54,253 bases of DNA from Catajapyx aquilonaris (taxonomy: Eukaryota): assembly GCA_000934665.2 (NCBI GenBank), contig KZ538042.1:124001-178253 (forward strand), read 5' to 3'. The position numbers were made by a program, and so were the translations under genes. Under the pieces are notes generated by a model. The model saw only the letters and a list, made by a program, of their open reading frames with translations. It was not told where the DNA came from and searched no databases. Every line of letters starts with the position of its first letter. The stretch's first letter is position 1. Of this stretch, positions 24,415-35,409 are shown piece after piece.

Positions 24415-25793
24415 GCTCCTCCAATCATATCGCTGGTGTGGATTGGAGGAGGTAGAGGTCGCCCGTGTTCATTTTGAGAAGTTATGCTGCTGGTACCTGA
24501 AATGCTCACAGATGAACTTGGACTCATATACAATGGGGCGCATGTGATGATTTTCCAAATACTCCAGATCATGGTCCGGACCTTGCTACAAGCGACCTTT
24601 TCCCTAATTTAACCATCTATAAACAACCAGGAGGTGCTTTAAAAATGTTTCGATCGGCATGGTGTTTCCAGTGCTGTAATAGTTCTTTTCCCTTGTTATC
24701 CGAGAAGACACGATGCGGTTGGAGGAAGCGGAAGCCTGCGGGTTGGGATAGAGTCGGGGGCCGGGACGGGTAGGGAAATTAGCCCCGTGGATCGAAGCAT
24801 GAAGAAGGGTTGGTGGTCCTGCTTAGGGTTCCTTTTTCGAGCGTGTCTGGGCCACCAGGTGAAGCCGACCGACAAACCTCGAGCATAAATAAAGGCCCGA
24901 CTTACGCCATCTTTGATCTCCCCAATCCAAATGGTTCAGGGTGCCAGCCGCAGCGGCGTGGATGTGGCCAAGGGGTGCCAACCACAGCCAATGTCGGTGT
25001 CGTGCAAGCCTGGAGAGGACACTCTCCTCTCTCTTTTTTTATATTTCTTTATCCGGGGGCCGACCCTGTCCGGACTGCTCCTTGACGACGACAAATCCTC
25101 AATAAATTCCCTGGCAGTGAATAGGATCCCCCCTTCCTCTTACCCCCATCCTTCCCCCCTTTCCCGCATTTCCAAGCCAAATCCGGGATCTGGGAGCTTT
25201 TGGGCAAAGGCGCAACCGCCGTGTAAACAGCCCGAGAGGAAGAGGCGCCCGTTTGCCCGGATTTGGCCCACAATCAGGACGGATTTTTCCGTCCTTCTCT
25301 CCCTCCCCAGGTTTCCGTATAGTAGAGAAGAGAGGGGGGAGGAAGTGGGGGGAGGAATTGAACCTATCTGCCTGGGATTCTGATTTCACGCACGTAAACC
25401 CCCAACTATTATGCGCAGGCGTCTACATTTTTTCTACTCGGAATAGGGAGGGAGCTTGTAAGGGGAGGGAGCGAAGAAGACGAAGAAGAAGGAGGAAAAA
25501 ATCTCTTAGCGTCTGATGTAACGGTGATCCCCGCCTGCTTTAAGGGGATCATCCCTGATGGCGTGTCGCCTCAAATTATTTTTCTAACCGAGGAACAGGA
25601 AAAAAATGTGGCACGGCTTAAACGTGGCAACAGGGCGGATTTGGAGATAAACGCCATCTTTTAACGTGGTAGTCGTGCACCTTTATCATCAGTTGCTAAG
25701 GGCTGGTCGCTAGCGAATATCGCTCGTGATCATAGAGTAGATTTGGTCTTACTTTGATTTCATACAACCGGCCCTTTGAGTCTTTCAAGTCCC

Positions 25794-26290
25794 TTTCTCG
25801 TCAAGAATGAAGTAGACAGTATTAAGCCGTGTTTACATGTGAGCGATTTGATCAGCGATGAATCCAATTGTTTGGGGCAAAATCATGGTAACTATCGATT
25901 TTCGCTCCAAACAATTGGATTCGTCGCTCAACGATGACATCGCTGATCAAATCGCTCACATGTAAACGCGGCTTTATACAACATCTCTGTCCGTCCGTCC
26001 GTGGACATGTATCAGGGCCTAAACAGAAAGAGATAGCGACAAACTGTTTTCTGATTTGGATTCAGCTGGTCCTAATTAGGTTTATGGTCAACTTCCGCTT
26101 TTACGGGTACTACACTCTATCCGCCAAGGTCGATTCTATATGGTTTAGAAATTATTTTCCTTGTGTTAGCATACTTGGCAGCGAGAAATGAGAGTGACAA
26201 CATTCAACGTCGTTGTTGTCCAATATGAATTTCCTCGGCAATGAGAAAAAGTATACTCGAATCACACTCGCGTGATTTGACAATCTTGTT
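25794..26290 (+). mobile_element. HINE family A copy 5, interrupted by a Harbinger MITE
   Basis: After removing 25825-25976 the sequence reads ...AGTATTATACAACATCTCTGTCCGTCCGTCCGTGGACATGTATCAGGGCCTAAAC... and ends AATGAGAAAAAGTATACTCGAATCACACTCGCGTGATT. Confidence 0.85.
25825..25973. mobile_element. PIF/Harbinger-type MITE (family H2), 149 bp, TTA TSD
   Basis: 36-bp TIR AGCCG(T/C)GTTTACATGTGAGCGATTTGATCAGCGATG with 1 mismatch. TTA lies at 25822-25824 and 25974-25976. Confidence 0.92.
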
Positions 26291-27400
26291 TTCCTTACGT
26301 GTAGCGGTCGTTAATGGAAACTTGCGTACTAGGCAAGTTTCTGTGGGTTTCACTCTGCCTTGATATCCACTCATCGAACCCATAGGGGTTTTACCACGAG
26401 TAGGCGGACATGCCAGTAAGAAATGAAAGGGAGATGCAAGTTTCAGAGGATGAGAGAGGCTTATAGAACCGACTTTGAGAGTGAAGTTAAGAGTTGATAA
26501 TCAACGCTTAGAGGAAAGGGAAGGACGGCGTGGACGGCTGGCGAACCACGTGCCTGCTTAGCACGAAGCCTCCAGGGAGGTCTCTGGTAGGAATTACGAG
26601 GCATAATCCCACCTTCTGAGGACCACCAGTGCCTGGGATTAAAGCCCACTGAATTATTGTCGCTGTGCCTGGAAAGGAGGAAGGTTGGCTCCCCTGCCTG
26701 GCGCTCCAAGATGGCCGGCACTCGCCTCCCTTCCACAACAGCCCACCTCGCGACTTTTCGCCTTTTTCTCCGCGACCCTAAGCGTCTTTGGGGCCGGAAT
26801 CCTGAATTTTCGGGTCCGCCGGACTTGGCACACCGACTTAGATCCGGTTGGAAGCTTTCTCCCTTCCCCCCACCCAAACCCTGGGCTGGGAGCTGTCCCA
26901 CCCCCCACGAGAGGCCGATTTGGCTCCGGCAGGCCTAATATCCGGTAATTGGGTCGGGGCAAGCTTCCACTCCGGTTATAAAGCCTAATTGAGCTCTCTG
27001 AGAGAGAGCAGGGGTAGCCAGGGAGCGGGGACCACCGGGCACGTTGTCGTGTACGTCGCAGTGTCATTGAAGCTCTCTTTTTGGCAGAGGGGGTGGACTG
27101 GGGGGACGGATGAAATGGGATCATGACGGATTAAAGGGGACTTTGGCTGGTCGGCAACTGTCAACACGCTCGCAGCTCGGCCTTGATGAGATCGAACCCG
27201 TTTGATCCGTGGAGTCGAATTGCTGAATGGTCGCAACTCGTGTGACCCCGCAAAAGTTCTGCTCTGTGGCCAAAATATGCGCCTGGCACATTTGCACGAT
27301 CCGTCAAACAGAAACAAGAGTGGCAAATCACGAGTATACATTTTCTCATTGCCAAGGAAATTCAAATTGGACAACAACGACATTAAATGTTGTCAGTCTC

Positions 27401-27604
27401 CATTAGGGGGTGGAGTACCACCATTGGATGGGGCCAAGGATAGGGAAGGAAGGAGACGGCTGTGGCCTATTACACGGAAACAACCCCGGAATTATCCTAG
27501 GAAGACCGTGGAAAACCACGGTCAGGGTTGCCGGCCCCGGGATTCGAACCCAGGACCTCCCAATAGCAGTAGGGCTCTTTAACCACCACACCAACTTGCT
27601 TCGG
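27401..27604 (-). mobile_element. tRNA-derived SINE, family S1
   Basis: Minus strand reads CCGAAGCAAGTTGGTGTGGTGGTTA (A-box-like)...GGTTCGAATCC (B-box). It has a 13-bp TSD TGTTGTCAGTCTC at 27388-27400 and 27605-27617. Homologous to 45335-45563. Confidence 0.92.
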
Positions 27605-27765
27605 TGTTGTCAGTCTCATTTGTCGTTGCCCAGTACTACTTGCTGAAAATAGTTTATAAGGTTTGTAGACTCGACCTAATGGCGGACAGAGTGAACCCGG
27701 AAAACCGGAAGTGGCTGGTCACCGGAAGTTGGCCCTGAAACCTATTTAGTCTTCTCTGAATCCGA

Positions 27766-27887
27766 TTATTTAATAATTATTGATTAATAATTTCGGTCAA
27801 TCGAGATGATCGAAGATGATGTGGTGTTGCATACACCAGGTTATCATTGGCTACCTCACATTTGGGACAATGCCGTGAAGAAATGAA
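27766..27887 (+). mobile_element. 5'-truncated retroposon 3' end (RTE-like tail)
   Basis: Ends TGGCTACCTCACATTTGGGACAATGCCGTGAAGA-AATGAATGAA. TSD TGAATCCGA at 27757-27765 and 27888-27896. A second copy lies on the minus strand at 28890-28983. The RTE assignment rests on recalled similarity only. Confidence 0.75.
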
Positions 27888-28889
27888 TGAATCCGAATCA
27901 GAAAACCGTTAGTCGCTGTCTTGCGGTTTAGGCCCTGATACCTGTCCACATACAGACGGACAGAGCCATTCTATAAGACTTTTTAAAATGAGAAAAAGTA
28001 TGAAAGTTGAAAGCTCACAAGCACATGTCATAAATCTATACAACTAAATTTACATTCCAGACTTTGACGGCTCTGATTCGCACTGGTTTTTGCATCTTCC
28101 CAAAGCATCTCTTCCAGAAAAGCAATTTTGACATTTTGACCCCTCCCAGTTTGGGCGAGTGGTGGAGGTCCAAAGCAAGCCAGTTGCGCCAAGCAGCCGA
28201 GCTTATCGGGATCCGACCCGACCCAAATTCTATGCCCGGTTCGATATGTGACCTGGAAAATGGGACCGGGGGGGAAGGGGGTTTGGAAGGGGGAGGCGGA
28301 AGTTGGGACGGGGAGCGGGGGGGTTGAAAAATGTGTCCCTTCAGGAGCTGGCCACAAATGGATGTCCTGCGGGTAGGAGGACACGGCGGGTCCCTTTCAT
28401 GTCACCGGTTTCCTCCAACCCGTTTTGAGGAGGCATCAGGAAATCACGGCACTTTAATGCCACTTGAGCTGCGGCCTCGCACTTTACTCTCGAATAAACA
28501 GCGACTTTAAAAAAGTGTCACTTGCTAAAGTTATGCATAAAACGAGGTTACGCGGCAGGCAGGATCATAAATCATATTTGCACACATCCGGATTGTTAAT
28601 ACTCCATAAATGCAGGTTGCTTCAACGCAAATCATAACACAAGCCCACATAAATTTCACATTTGGTGTGTAGGCCTAATTTGGGAGGTGTTTTTGCTAGG
28701 AACTCGAGTGACAAAACTTTTTGATTTATGTCCAGGATTACCAATCTAACAATGTACTTGTGTAAATGCATCACCTGCTTCTGTGTATAGCACTGTTTTG
28801 GAGGAATATGCCTAGGCTGGTACGAACAGAGTGTGCACCTGAGCTTAATCCTTGTAATGTCGCCTTCCTCAATAAATTTTAAACAAATT

Positions 28890-28983
28890 ATCTATATACA
28901 TACATATCTTCACGGCATTGTCCCAAAGATAGGGTAGCCAGCGATGACATGTGTACAACACCTTGTCATCTATTTTGACCGGA
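28890..28983 (-). mobile_element. 5'-truncated retroposon 3' end, same family as 27766-27887
   Basis: Minus strand GATGACAAGGTGTTG...TGGCTACCCTATCTTTGGGACAATGCCGTGAAGA followed by a TATG/TATA simple-repeat tail. Confidence 0.75.
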
Positions 28984-30099
28984 TATGAAAATCCTAAGGT
29001 GAGGGGGTTTTCTATTTGTATTTTTTACGCTGTTAGAATACTCGAGGGACTTCATAACGAGAGGTTAGCGGTGGCCAAGGTATTTTAATGAATCATCAAA
29101 ATGGCCAGTGTAGCCTGGGTTTGAGCTGCCACTCTGCCATCTGTCGTCAGCGTCATGCGATGATTATAATTCACAGTTGCCAGATGAATCACGGTTTTTC
29201 TGTTTGTTTTGTTTTTTAGATGGGATGACTAGTGGGTGGTGGAAGCCGCGCCTCTCAAGCCCTGCCCAGCAGCTGGCCATTATTTTGCCTTGTTTACTCT
29301 GCAGCGTTAATAGTTCATTTTGCAGCCGCCATAATGATTTCCAGGGGAATGGTCGGCCGGCCTAGCCACACGCACACGCACTGACGCACGCATTAACTCA
29401 TTGACGAACATGTTCATGCATCGCATACCAACACCCCTTTCATGATACACTATTGGAATCTGGGATGTGGCCTAATTGCAAAAAAAAAATGGGTGGGAAA
29501 TGTGCAAAAAACACTTGTTTCTTCTCTTTCAAACCGTGGCACTGTATACGTCTCGATCAGGAGAAAGAATAACAGCACTTTTTTTTGTAGCAGACTCCTG
29601 TTACACGTAAGGGTGTTGTATGACCTGTTGTCGCTGAAACACTTTGGCTTCTGTCTCCGGAGCTGCGCATTCCATTAGGCCGGAAAAGTAACGAGCACGC
29701 GGATCATAAGCAGTCAAAATGCGAAATGAAGGCGCGGTGTACATCGCTGAGAAATGGCAGTTTCTGGCTGGCAAAATGTCGCTGCAAGGCTGTTCTCTCG
29801 TTATGCGCTCCTTTGGCCATAAATCCCTCGCATTTGTGCCACCAAACATTCGTTACACGCAGTCGGATTCGCTCTATGGACCCTGGAATGCCAGCCCGGA
29901 TAACAATTCATTCGGACACCACCTCTCTGCTAGTCTATACCACAGTTTACTCCGGATGTAACAGACCTTTCAAGGTACTGGTCTGTTACAGCCAAATCGT
30001 CACTTTTGCAACGAATGCTTTCCATAGCTTATAATGCACATTACTGCATTTGTTAGTTAATCTGACCACAAAAATGCGAAAATAGCCCCCCCCCCCCCC

Positions 30100-30578
30100 C
30101 ACTTGGACGTAGTACCATACTGCCGTCAGATATGAGAAGGCCGTAACTCAATATCCACTTCCCTTGCGGCGAGAAAAGAAAGCAAGTGTTACCGAAAGCA
30201 CCCAAGAGGTGGCGTTGGGGGAAGGGGGAAAAAGGAACGGCACCCCAACTCCACCTCTTGGATGCTTTTGGTACCACTTATTTTTTTCTCGCCGCAAGGG
30301 GAAGTGGACATTGAGTTACGGTCTTCTCATATCTGACGGCAGTTGTCGCATAGTCTGACTCTCTCACACTACTGCCGCTCTCAGGGGGAAAGTAGCACTA
30401 CATGCACGTTGGTGATGAGTCACTGCGCGGACAAAGTCCACCAGGGCGCTCTAGTCGACTTTATTATACACTATTGTTGAACGGGGAAAGTGAAAGCTAT
30501 GGCCTATAGGCGATTAGTCAACACGGACAAAGAAGCAGACAGACAGACTAAGGGGATTAGTAGTATGAAAGGTAGAAT
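30100..30578 (-). mobile_element. Family B copy, interrupted by a MITE
   Basis: Reverse complement of 4478-4775. ACTTGGACGTAGTAC on the left and AGTTG...CACTACTGCCG...AGGGGGAAAGTAG on the right flank the insert. Confidence 0.8.
30119..30343. mobile_element. Palindromic MITE with ~100-bp TIRs
   Basis: ACTGCCGTCAGATATGAGAAGGCCGTAACTCAATATCCACTTCCCTTGCGGCGAGAAAA is inverted at 30284-30343. Symmetry continues through CCAAGAGGTGG/CCACCTCTTGG. TA on the left only, so the superfamily is uncertain. Confidence 0.9.
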
Positions 30579-31824
30579 ACATTTTTGGGTTACTGTAATG
30601 TTGCTAACAATGTAGTACTTTTCCCTCCCCAAATGTGGAATAGGACCAGAGAGGTGTAATGGCAGCTCTTAGAGAAGGGCGTGTGTGCGTATCCAATTCG
30701 GGAGCCGGTTCCATTTCCGAGCTATCCAATATCCCTGGTCCCCCACCGTCAGAGTCCAGCACAGGGGGCCCGAGCTGCAGCCTCTTTTCAGGCTTACATC
30801 ACTTTCGCAAACGAATTTTATGTTCCGTTGGAAATGTTACCCGTCTGAACAGGGCCACTTCCCCTCCATCCCCCCAATGGGTGGGACAATGCGGCTTGTG
30901 TGACTAATGGACACCTGGCCGATATAGACCCCCGGACTGTCCAATAATACAAAAGGCCCGGGAATTGTTTCAAGGAAGTTAACCTTTACGCGACCCGTTG
31001 TTTTGCATTTAATTGAATAGACGCGCTTTACAATGGTTAAAACCTCATTTGCCTAGTTTTGACTCCCTCTGGGGGTTGGAGGGAGAGCTTTGACACGCGT
31101 ACAAAAAAAAATATTGTACCGGAGGTGTCCTTGACGAGGTAAATGCAAAAAGTTAATTACTTGGTTATTATTAAATGCGGGCACTGCGATGAAAAGGTTG
31201 TCCAATAGGGGCATAATGCTCTAATTAACCCTTATTAGCCGTTTTTAGCCCCGGAACAAAAAAAAATCCGGTCGTGCGTTTTCCGAAGTAATGCGGCGCG
31301 TAATGTCCCCGGCGGGTGTTACTTTTGTGTCTTAATAACATCCGGCGTAGTTAATGACGATTGGATTTCCCCCCGCGTCGAGTGCGCAGTACGGATGTCA
31401 TAATTTGTGTCCACCCATACTCTGTCTCTCCTTTTTTCCCCCAACCCAGCTAAATGGGCGGGTCTGCACACTCGTGTCAACAAGGATGGAAAGTCATTAA
31501 CAATTTTTTTTTCTGTTTTGTCGCACTAACTTGTTGGTACAGTAACTAATACTCGTTTTTTTGTGGGTAGGAGTTACATTCACCACATGCATCCGACACG
31601 TGCTTTTTGCCGCGTTGCGTTCTGGAAAATTGTAACTGATGTTTGAGGCTAATAATGTTGCTTGTCTGGATATTCTGTCTGGAACATAACCTAGCAGTTG
31701 CAGAGTATGCGCAGAAGCAATGTGCAGTAGGGATGCGCAGAAGCAATGTGCAGTAGATGTGCGCAGAAGCAATGTGCAATATCAATGCGCAGAAGCAATG
31801 TGCAGTAGGGATGCGGAGTGTATA

Positions 31825-32032
31825 CAGGGTGGTCCAACATCAAGTGTCGTTTTATAACGGCGATTAATAGCAGGGATTTTGCGATGACGTAGCAGCGACG
31901 CGTAAAATGTCCCACTTCGGCGCATCTTCGGCGCCATCTAAGTGGGCAATTTTACACGTCGCTGCTACGTCAATCATAAAGCGCTTCTATTAATAGCATT
32001 TATAAAACGACACTTGATGTTGGACCACCTTG
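31825..32032. mobile_element. Tc1/mariner-type MITE (CAGGGTG ends, TA TSD)
   Basis: TA|CAGGGTGGTCCAACATCAAGTGTCGTTTTATAA ... TTATAAAACGACACTTGATGTTGGACCACCTTG|TA. Palindromic over nearly its whole length. Confidence 0.92.
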
Positions 32033-32267
32033 TAGAGAGCCTCGAGGAAGAGAGTCGCCAACTTCTTACGTCGTCATCTCTGCTTAGTTGGAGTAGTCAC
32101 TCCAGCCAATCGGAGTCGACCGTGACGTCAGAACAGGCCACTGTTTCCATAGAAACGCAAGATGGCTGCCTCCATAGGATACGTAAACAGTCCATAATAT
32201 ATTACTGTAGCCAATCAGAGACGACATGATGTAAGAAGTTGGCGACTCTCTTCCTCGGGGCTCTCTT
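32033..32267. mobile_element. hAT-like MITE (TAGAG ends, degenerate 8-bp TSD)
   Basis: TIR TAGAGAGCCTCGAGGAAGAGAGTCGCCAACTTCTTAC pairs with GTAAGAAGTTGGCGACTCTCTTCCTCGGGGCTCTCT. Putative TSD GGAGTGTA (31815-31822) versus GGAGCGTG (32268-32275). Confidence 0.82.
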
Positions 32268-33753
32268 GGAGCGTGCATCAAAAATGCGCGGAAGCAATGT
32301 GCAGTAGGGATGCGCAGAAGCAATGTGCAGTAGGGATGCGCAGAAGCAATGTGCAGTAGGGATGCGCAGAAGCAATGTGCAGTAGGGATGCGCAGAAACA
32401 ATGCGCAATACGTAAATATCACCGTGATGCCTCATAAACTCTTGTATTATGCAAGTTGCTCAGGGTTTGAGGCGATAAGACAAATGCTGAGCGCAATCCC
32501 GTGTTGGGCAATCTGAAAAGATGTGTGTCGCTCTCATTAGTGACGTGCACCATTTTGGACGCGTCTGGTCCAGGCGCCGATGCCAAATGTCTCATTCCAT
32601 CTCCCGGAATTGAAGTTGGCGGGAGGGTTAAATCTGCGGTTAAATTAGATGCAGATTAGACTGTCGGCCCGCTATTGGCTGGCTGGATGGAACCGGGCGA
32701 GGGTATAGGGGGTATGCAAAAGGTCGGACGCGGCACACACACACATTCATCCAAGAGACGACAGGCTCGGCGAGGAATTTGAGNAAATTGGAAATGAAGG
32801 ACATAGCGGAGGCATCCGGAATTCATTGCAGTGGTAATTAATTCTATCCAGGTTTTAGAGTTGGGGAGGGGAAGGGGGGGGGGGGGGAGTCAGTTGCAAT
32901 TAGTGAACCAAACCGGCAGTATTTGGCGTAATTGCATTTAAAACTTGGGGCTTTTGGGATGTGGGGGAGGTGCTACGTGCAGGCCTCAAAAGTGCATAAG
33001 TGGGGGGTAGGGTAGAGGGGCTAATAAAAGGGTTTGCCATGCGCGATGACTCGATTTTGGATATTAATTCGATGGATATTCGTCCAAACTAAGCGGAAAC
33101 CGGGTATGGGGGGAGGGGGGTGCGCCGAATTTATTTGTTTTTAATCTGGATCACAACTCTTGTAAACAAGGACTGCAGGATGGCGTAATGCTCGTTTTAT
33201 GCAACCTGTTAACTGACCGTTAAGCCCTAACTGCAGTTTAAGGACCGGCTGCATTAAAGCAAATTAGAAGAAATCCCTCGCGGTCCATCTAGTAGGCTAT
33301 CATACCTCTCACACATAGATGGCGAATAACTCTTTATCTGGACAAACTGAGACACAGAAGCCAATTCAATTAGACATAATTCGGCATAACCGTACATCCA
33401 TATTATTAATACCCGACAGTCGTGGAAACTCCTCCCGCACTGTACGGCCTACAGCATTAGGAGTTGTGTCAAAATTTTGCCCGCGTTTTCTATATTTGCA
33501 AACCACTTTTGTTTTTTGGAAATAGTTCCCTTGGAATTTATCAAACGCAAAAAAGCGCAAAAAAACGCGACTTCCCCAGTTCCACGGAATTCCCATTTGC
33601 GCCTCGTAGGGAGCCACCTGCTTGGTCACGGCTCGCTTACTTCTGCACGTTACCGTCGGATGTCGCTTCGATTCTGCTGCCTATACCACACTAACCACTA
33701 ATATTATTTGTTGTAGTTGTCGTCGTCGTTAACCTTTTCTCTTGTTGTTTCAG

Positions 33754-33797
33754 GCGCGACCAGATAGCCTGCAGCCTTCGACAACTCTCCGGAATAG
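33754..33797 (+). other. Candidate 44-nt internal exon of an unidentified large gene
   Basis: Preceded by branch-point-like CTAAC/CTAAT (~33691-33702) and a polypyrimidine tract CTTTTCTCTTGTTGTTTCAG. Followed by the strong donor AG|GTAAGA. Lies in unique sequence, has no ATG, and two reading frames are open. Confidence 0.5.
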
Positions 33798-35249
33798 GTA
33801 AGAGTACACATCTCCGTCATGAACTAAATATATTTTTAGAACAGTAATTAACCCGTGTGTTCATCATCGTTAATTAAGCCACGTCCAGTGTGTATAGTAC
33901 GTCAGAACACCTGTCGCACAATAATTCCAGACGTTGTTATCATCATCGTTGTAATGATCATTACTGCGGGGCCATTCTTCCGGGTCTGATTAGCTCCTGT
34001 TTATTAATCATCCGTTGCGCTGCTTCGATTATAATTGGCATTGTAATCCGAATCAGAAAAAAAATCATCAACAGACTTATCTTTTTCGAAAAAAAAATAA
34101 TAATAACAACTTTGTTGTTTTTCTTTTACCCCCGAATTTTCCGCCGGCTTTTGTGCTGCCTGGGATGTGACTAATTACAGCGATTGCACAGTGTCCTCGA
34201 ACGGTGCAGGTACACAAGGCCCAGGTTCTCTGTACCGGAATGTCTAATTATTAATGAGAACTTTGGCTTGCGAAACACCGGGGGAACTTTCTAAATCAAT
34301 ACACACCGGCCCGGGCTGAAAATAAACCGTAGTCTGAGCAGATTGCGAAGTAAGGTTTCATTAAAAAATGAAGGCAGCAAGCAGGAAGAGATTCTATATA
34401 GGGAAAAGGGGCTTGCTCCTTGTTATGGAAGCTCTCAGGTCGTCCCATACCTGTTATGTAAAACGACAAGAAAAGAAAAAATGAAGGAAGATCCTGGGTG
34501 GGTGGGGAGAATATGCCAAACTTTTTTTAACGACCCGAAAGAGCATGCTCCCCAGAACTTTTCTTGCCAAAGTTTTCACTCGCTTGTTCTCTCTTTTCGC
34601 CATTTTTTTTTTGGGGGGGGGAGGACTTAAGTTAGTGGAGACATCATTGGAATCGGAAGTGATGCAGTATGAATCGGATATTCTTTTTTTTTAAAGAGGA
34701 AAAGGTCCGGGTTATTTGGTGGTGGCATGGTGCGTGAAGTTCATTTTTAACATTTGAGGTTAGATGCGCGGTTATGAATTGCTCATCCCAGCAAATCTTT
34801 TAAAACTTCGCAACATTGCCTTTTCGTATAGTCACTTAGTTAGTAGGGACTCGTTGCCAAATTTTGGCAACACTGCCTGCCCCCTCCCAAACTTGAACGG
34901 ATTGTGATATGAATGAAATTTGACACCCAAACTACATTATTGTGTATGCCCAACATCCAGACCACATTAGACGCAAATTTTCATGTCCGAGGGGGATTCC
35001 CGTCACCTTTTCACACCCTGCGCAAGCCCCCCCTACTTTTCGAAAATTCAGTGTGGCGTTAATACTCAGTCGCGCGTAATTAGCCGTACACTCTTGCGAA
35101 GACCTTGACACCCACGAGTCGACTGATGTATGGAAAAGTCTAAATTCATCCAGCCTCCGCATGACGAAAATGAGGATCGAAGTGGAGGGGAAACGGGATG
35201 TTTAGGATTTATTTTCTCGCTAACAAAGCACGACTCGCACTTGAAAGTA

Positions 35250-35409
35250 GAGTTGGGTTGCATCATGCCAGGATGAAATGCATTGAAGGTAGTTGATGGC
35301 ACACTAACCTAACCTAACCGAACCTAACCTAAAGATGGCAGATTTTGAGCAAGTACAATATCTGCCATCCTTTATCCTTATTTCATCCTGGCATGATGCA
35401 ACCCAACCC
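35250..35409. mobile_element. MITE containing an internal (TAACC)n tract
   Basis: Perfect 28-bp TIR GTTGGGTTGCATCATGCCAGGATGAAAT pairs with ATTTCATCCTGGCATGATGCAACCCAAC. CTAACCTAACCTAACCGAACCTAACCTAA lies at 35304-35332. Confidence 0.88.

Larger units (their letters stand above)
27312..27997 (-). mobile_element. HINE family A copy 6, carrying two retroposon insertions
   Basis: Reverse-strand match from AATGAGAAAAA (27987-27997) to the 3' end near 27312. It becomes contiguous once 27401-27617 and 27766-27896 are removed. Confidence 0.85.
31707..32412. repeat. 26-bp minisatellite (ATGCGCAGAAGCAATGTGCAGTAGGG)n, split by two nested MITEs
   Basis: Units start at 31707, 31733, 31759, 31785 and 31811 (partial), then resume at 32284, 32310, 32336, 32362 and 32388. 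Confidence 0.95.

Noticed and set aside
31707..32412. 26-bp repeats as a CRISPR array, or the repetitive ORFs over them as proteins
   Set aside because: Head-to-tail minisatellite without spacers. The ORFs simply translate the repeat.
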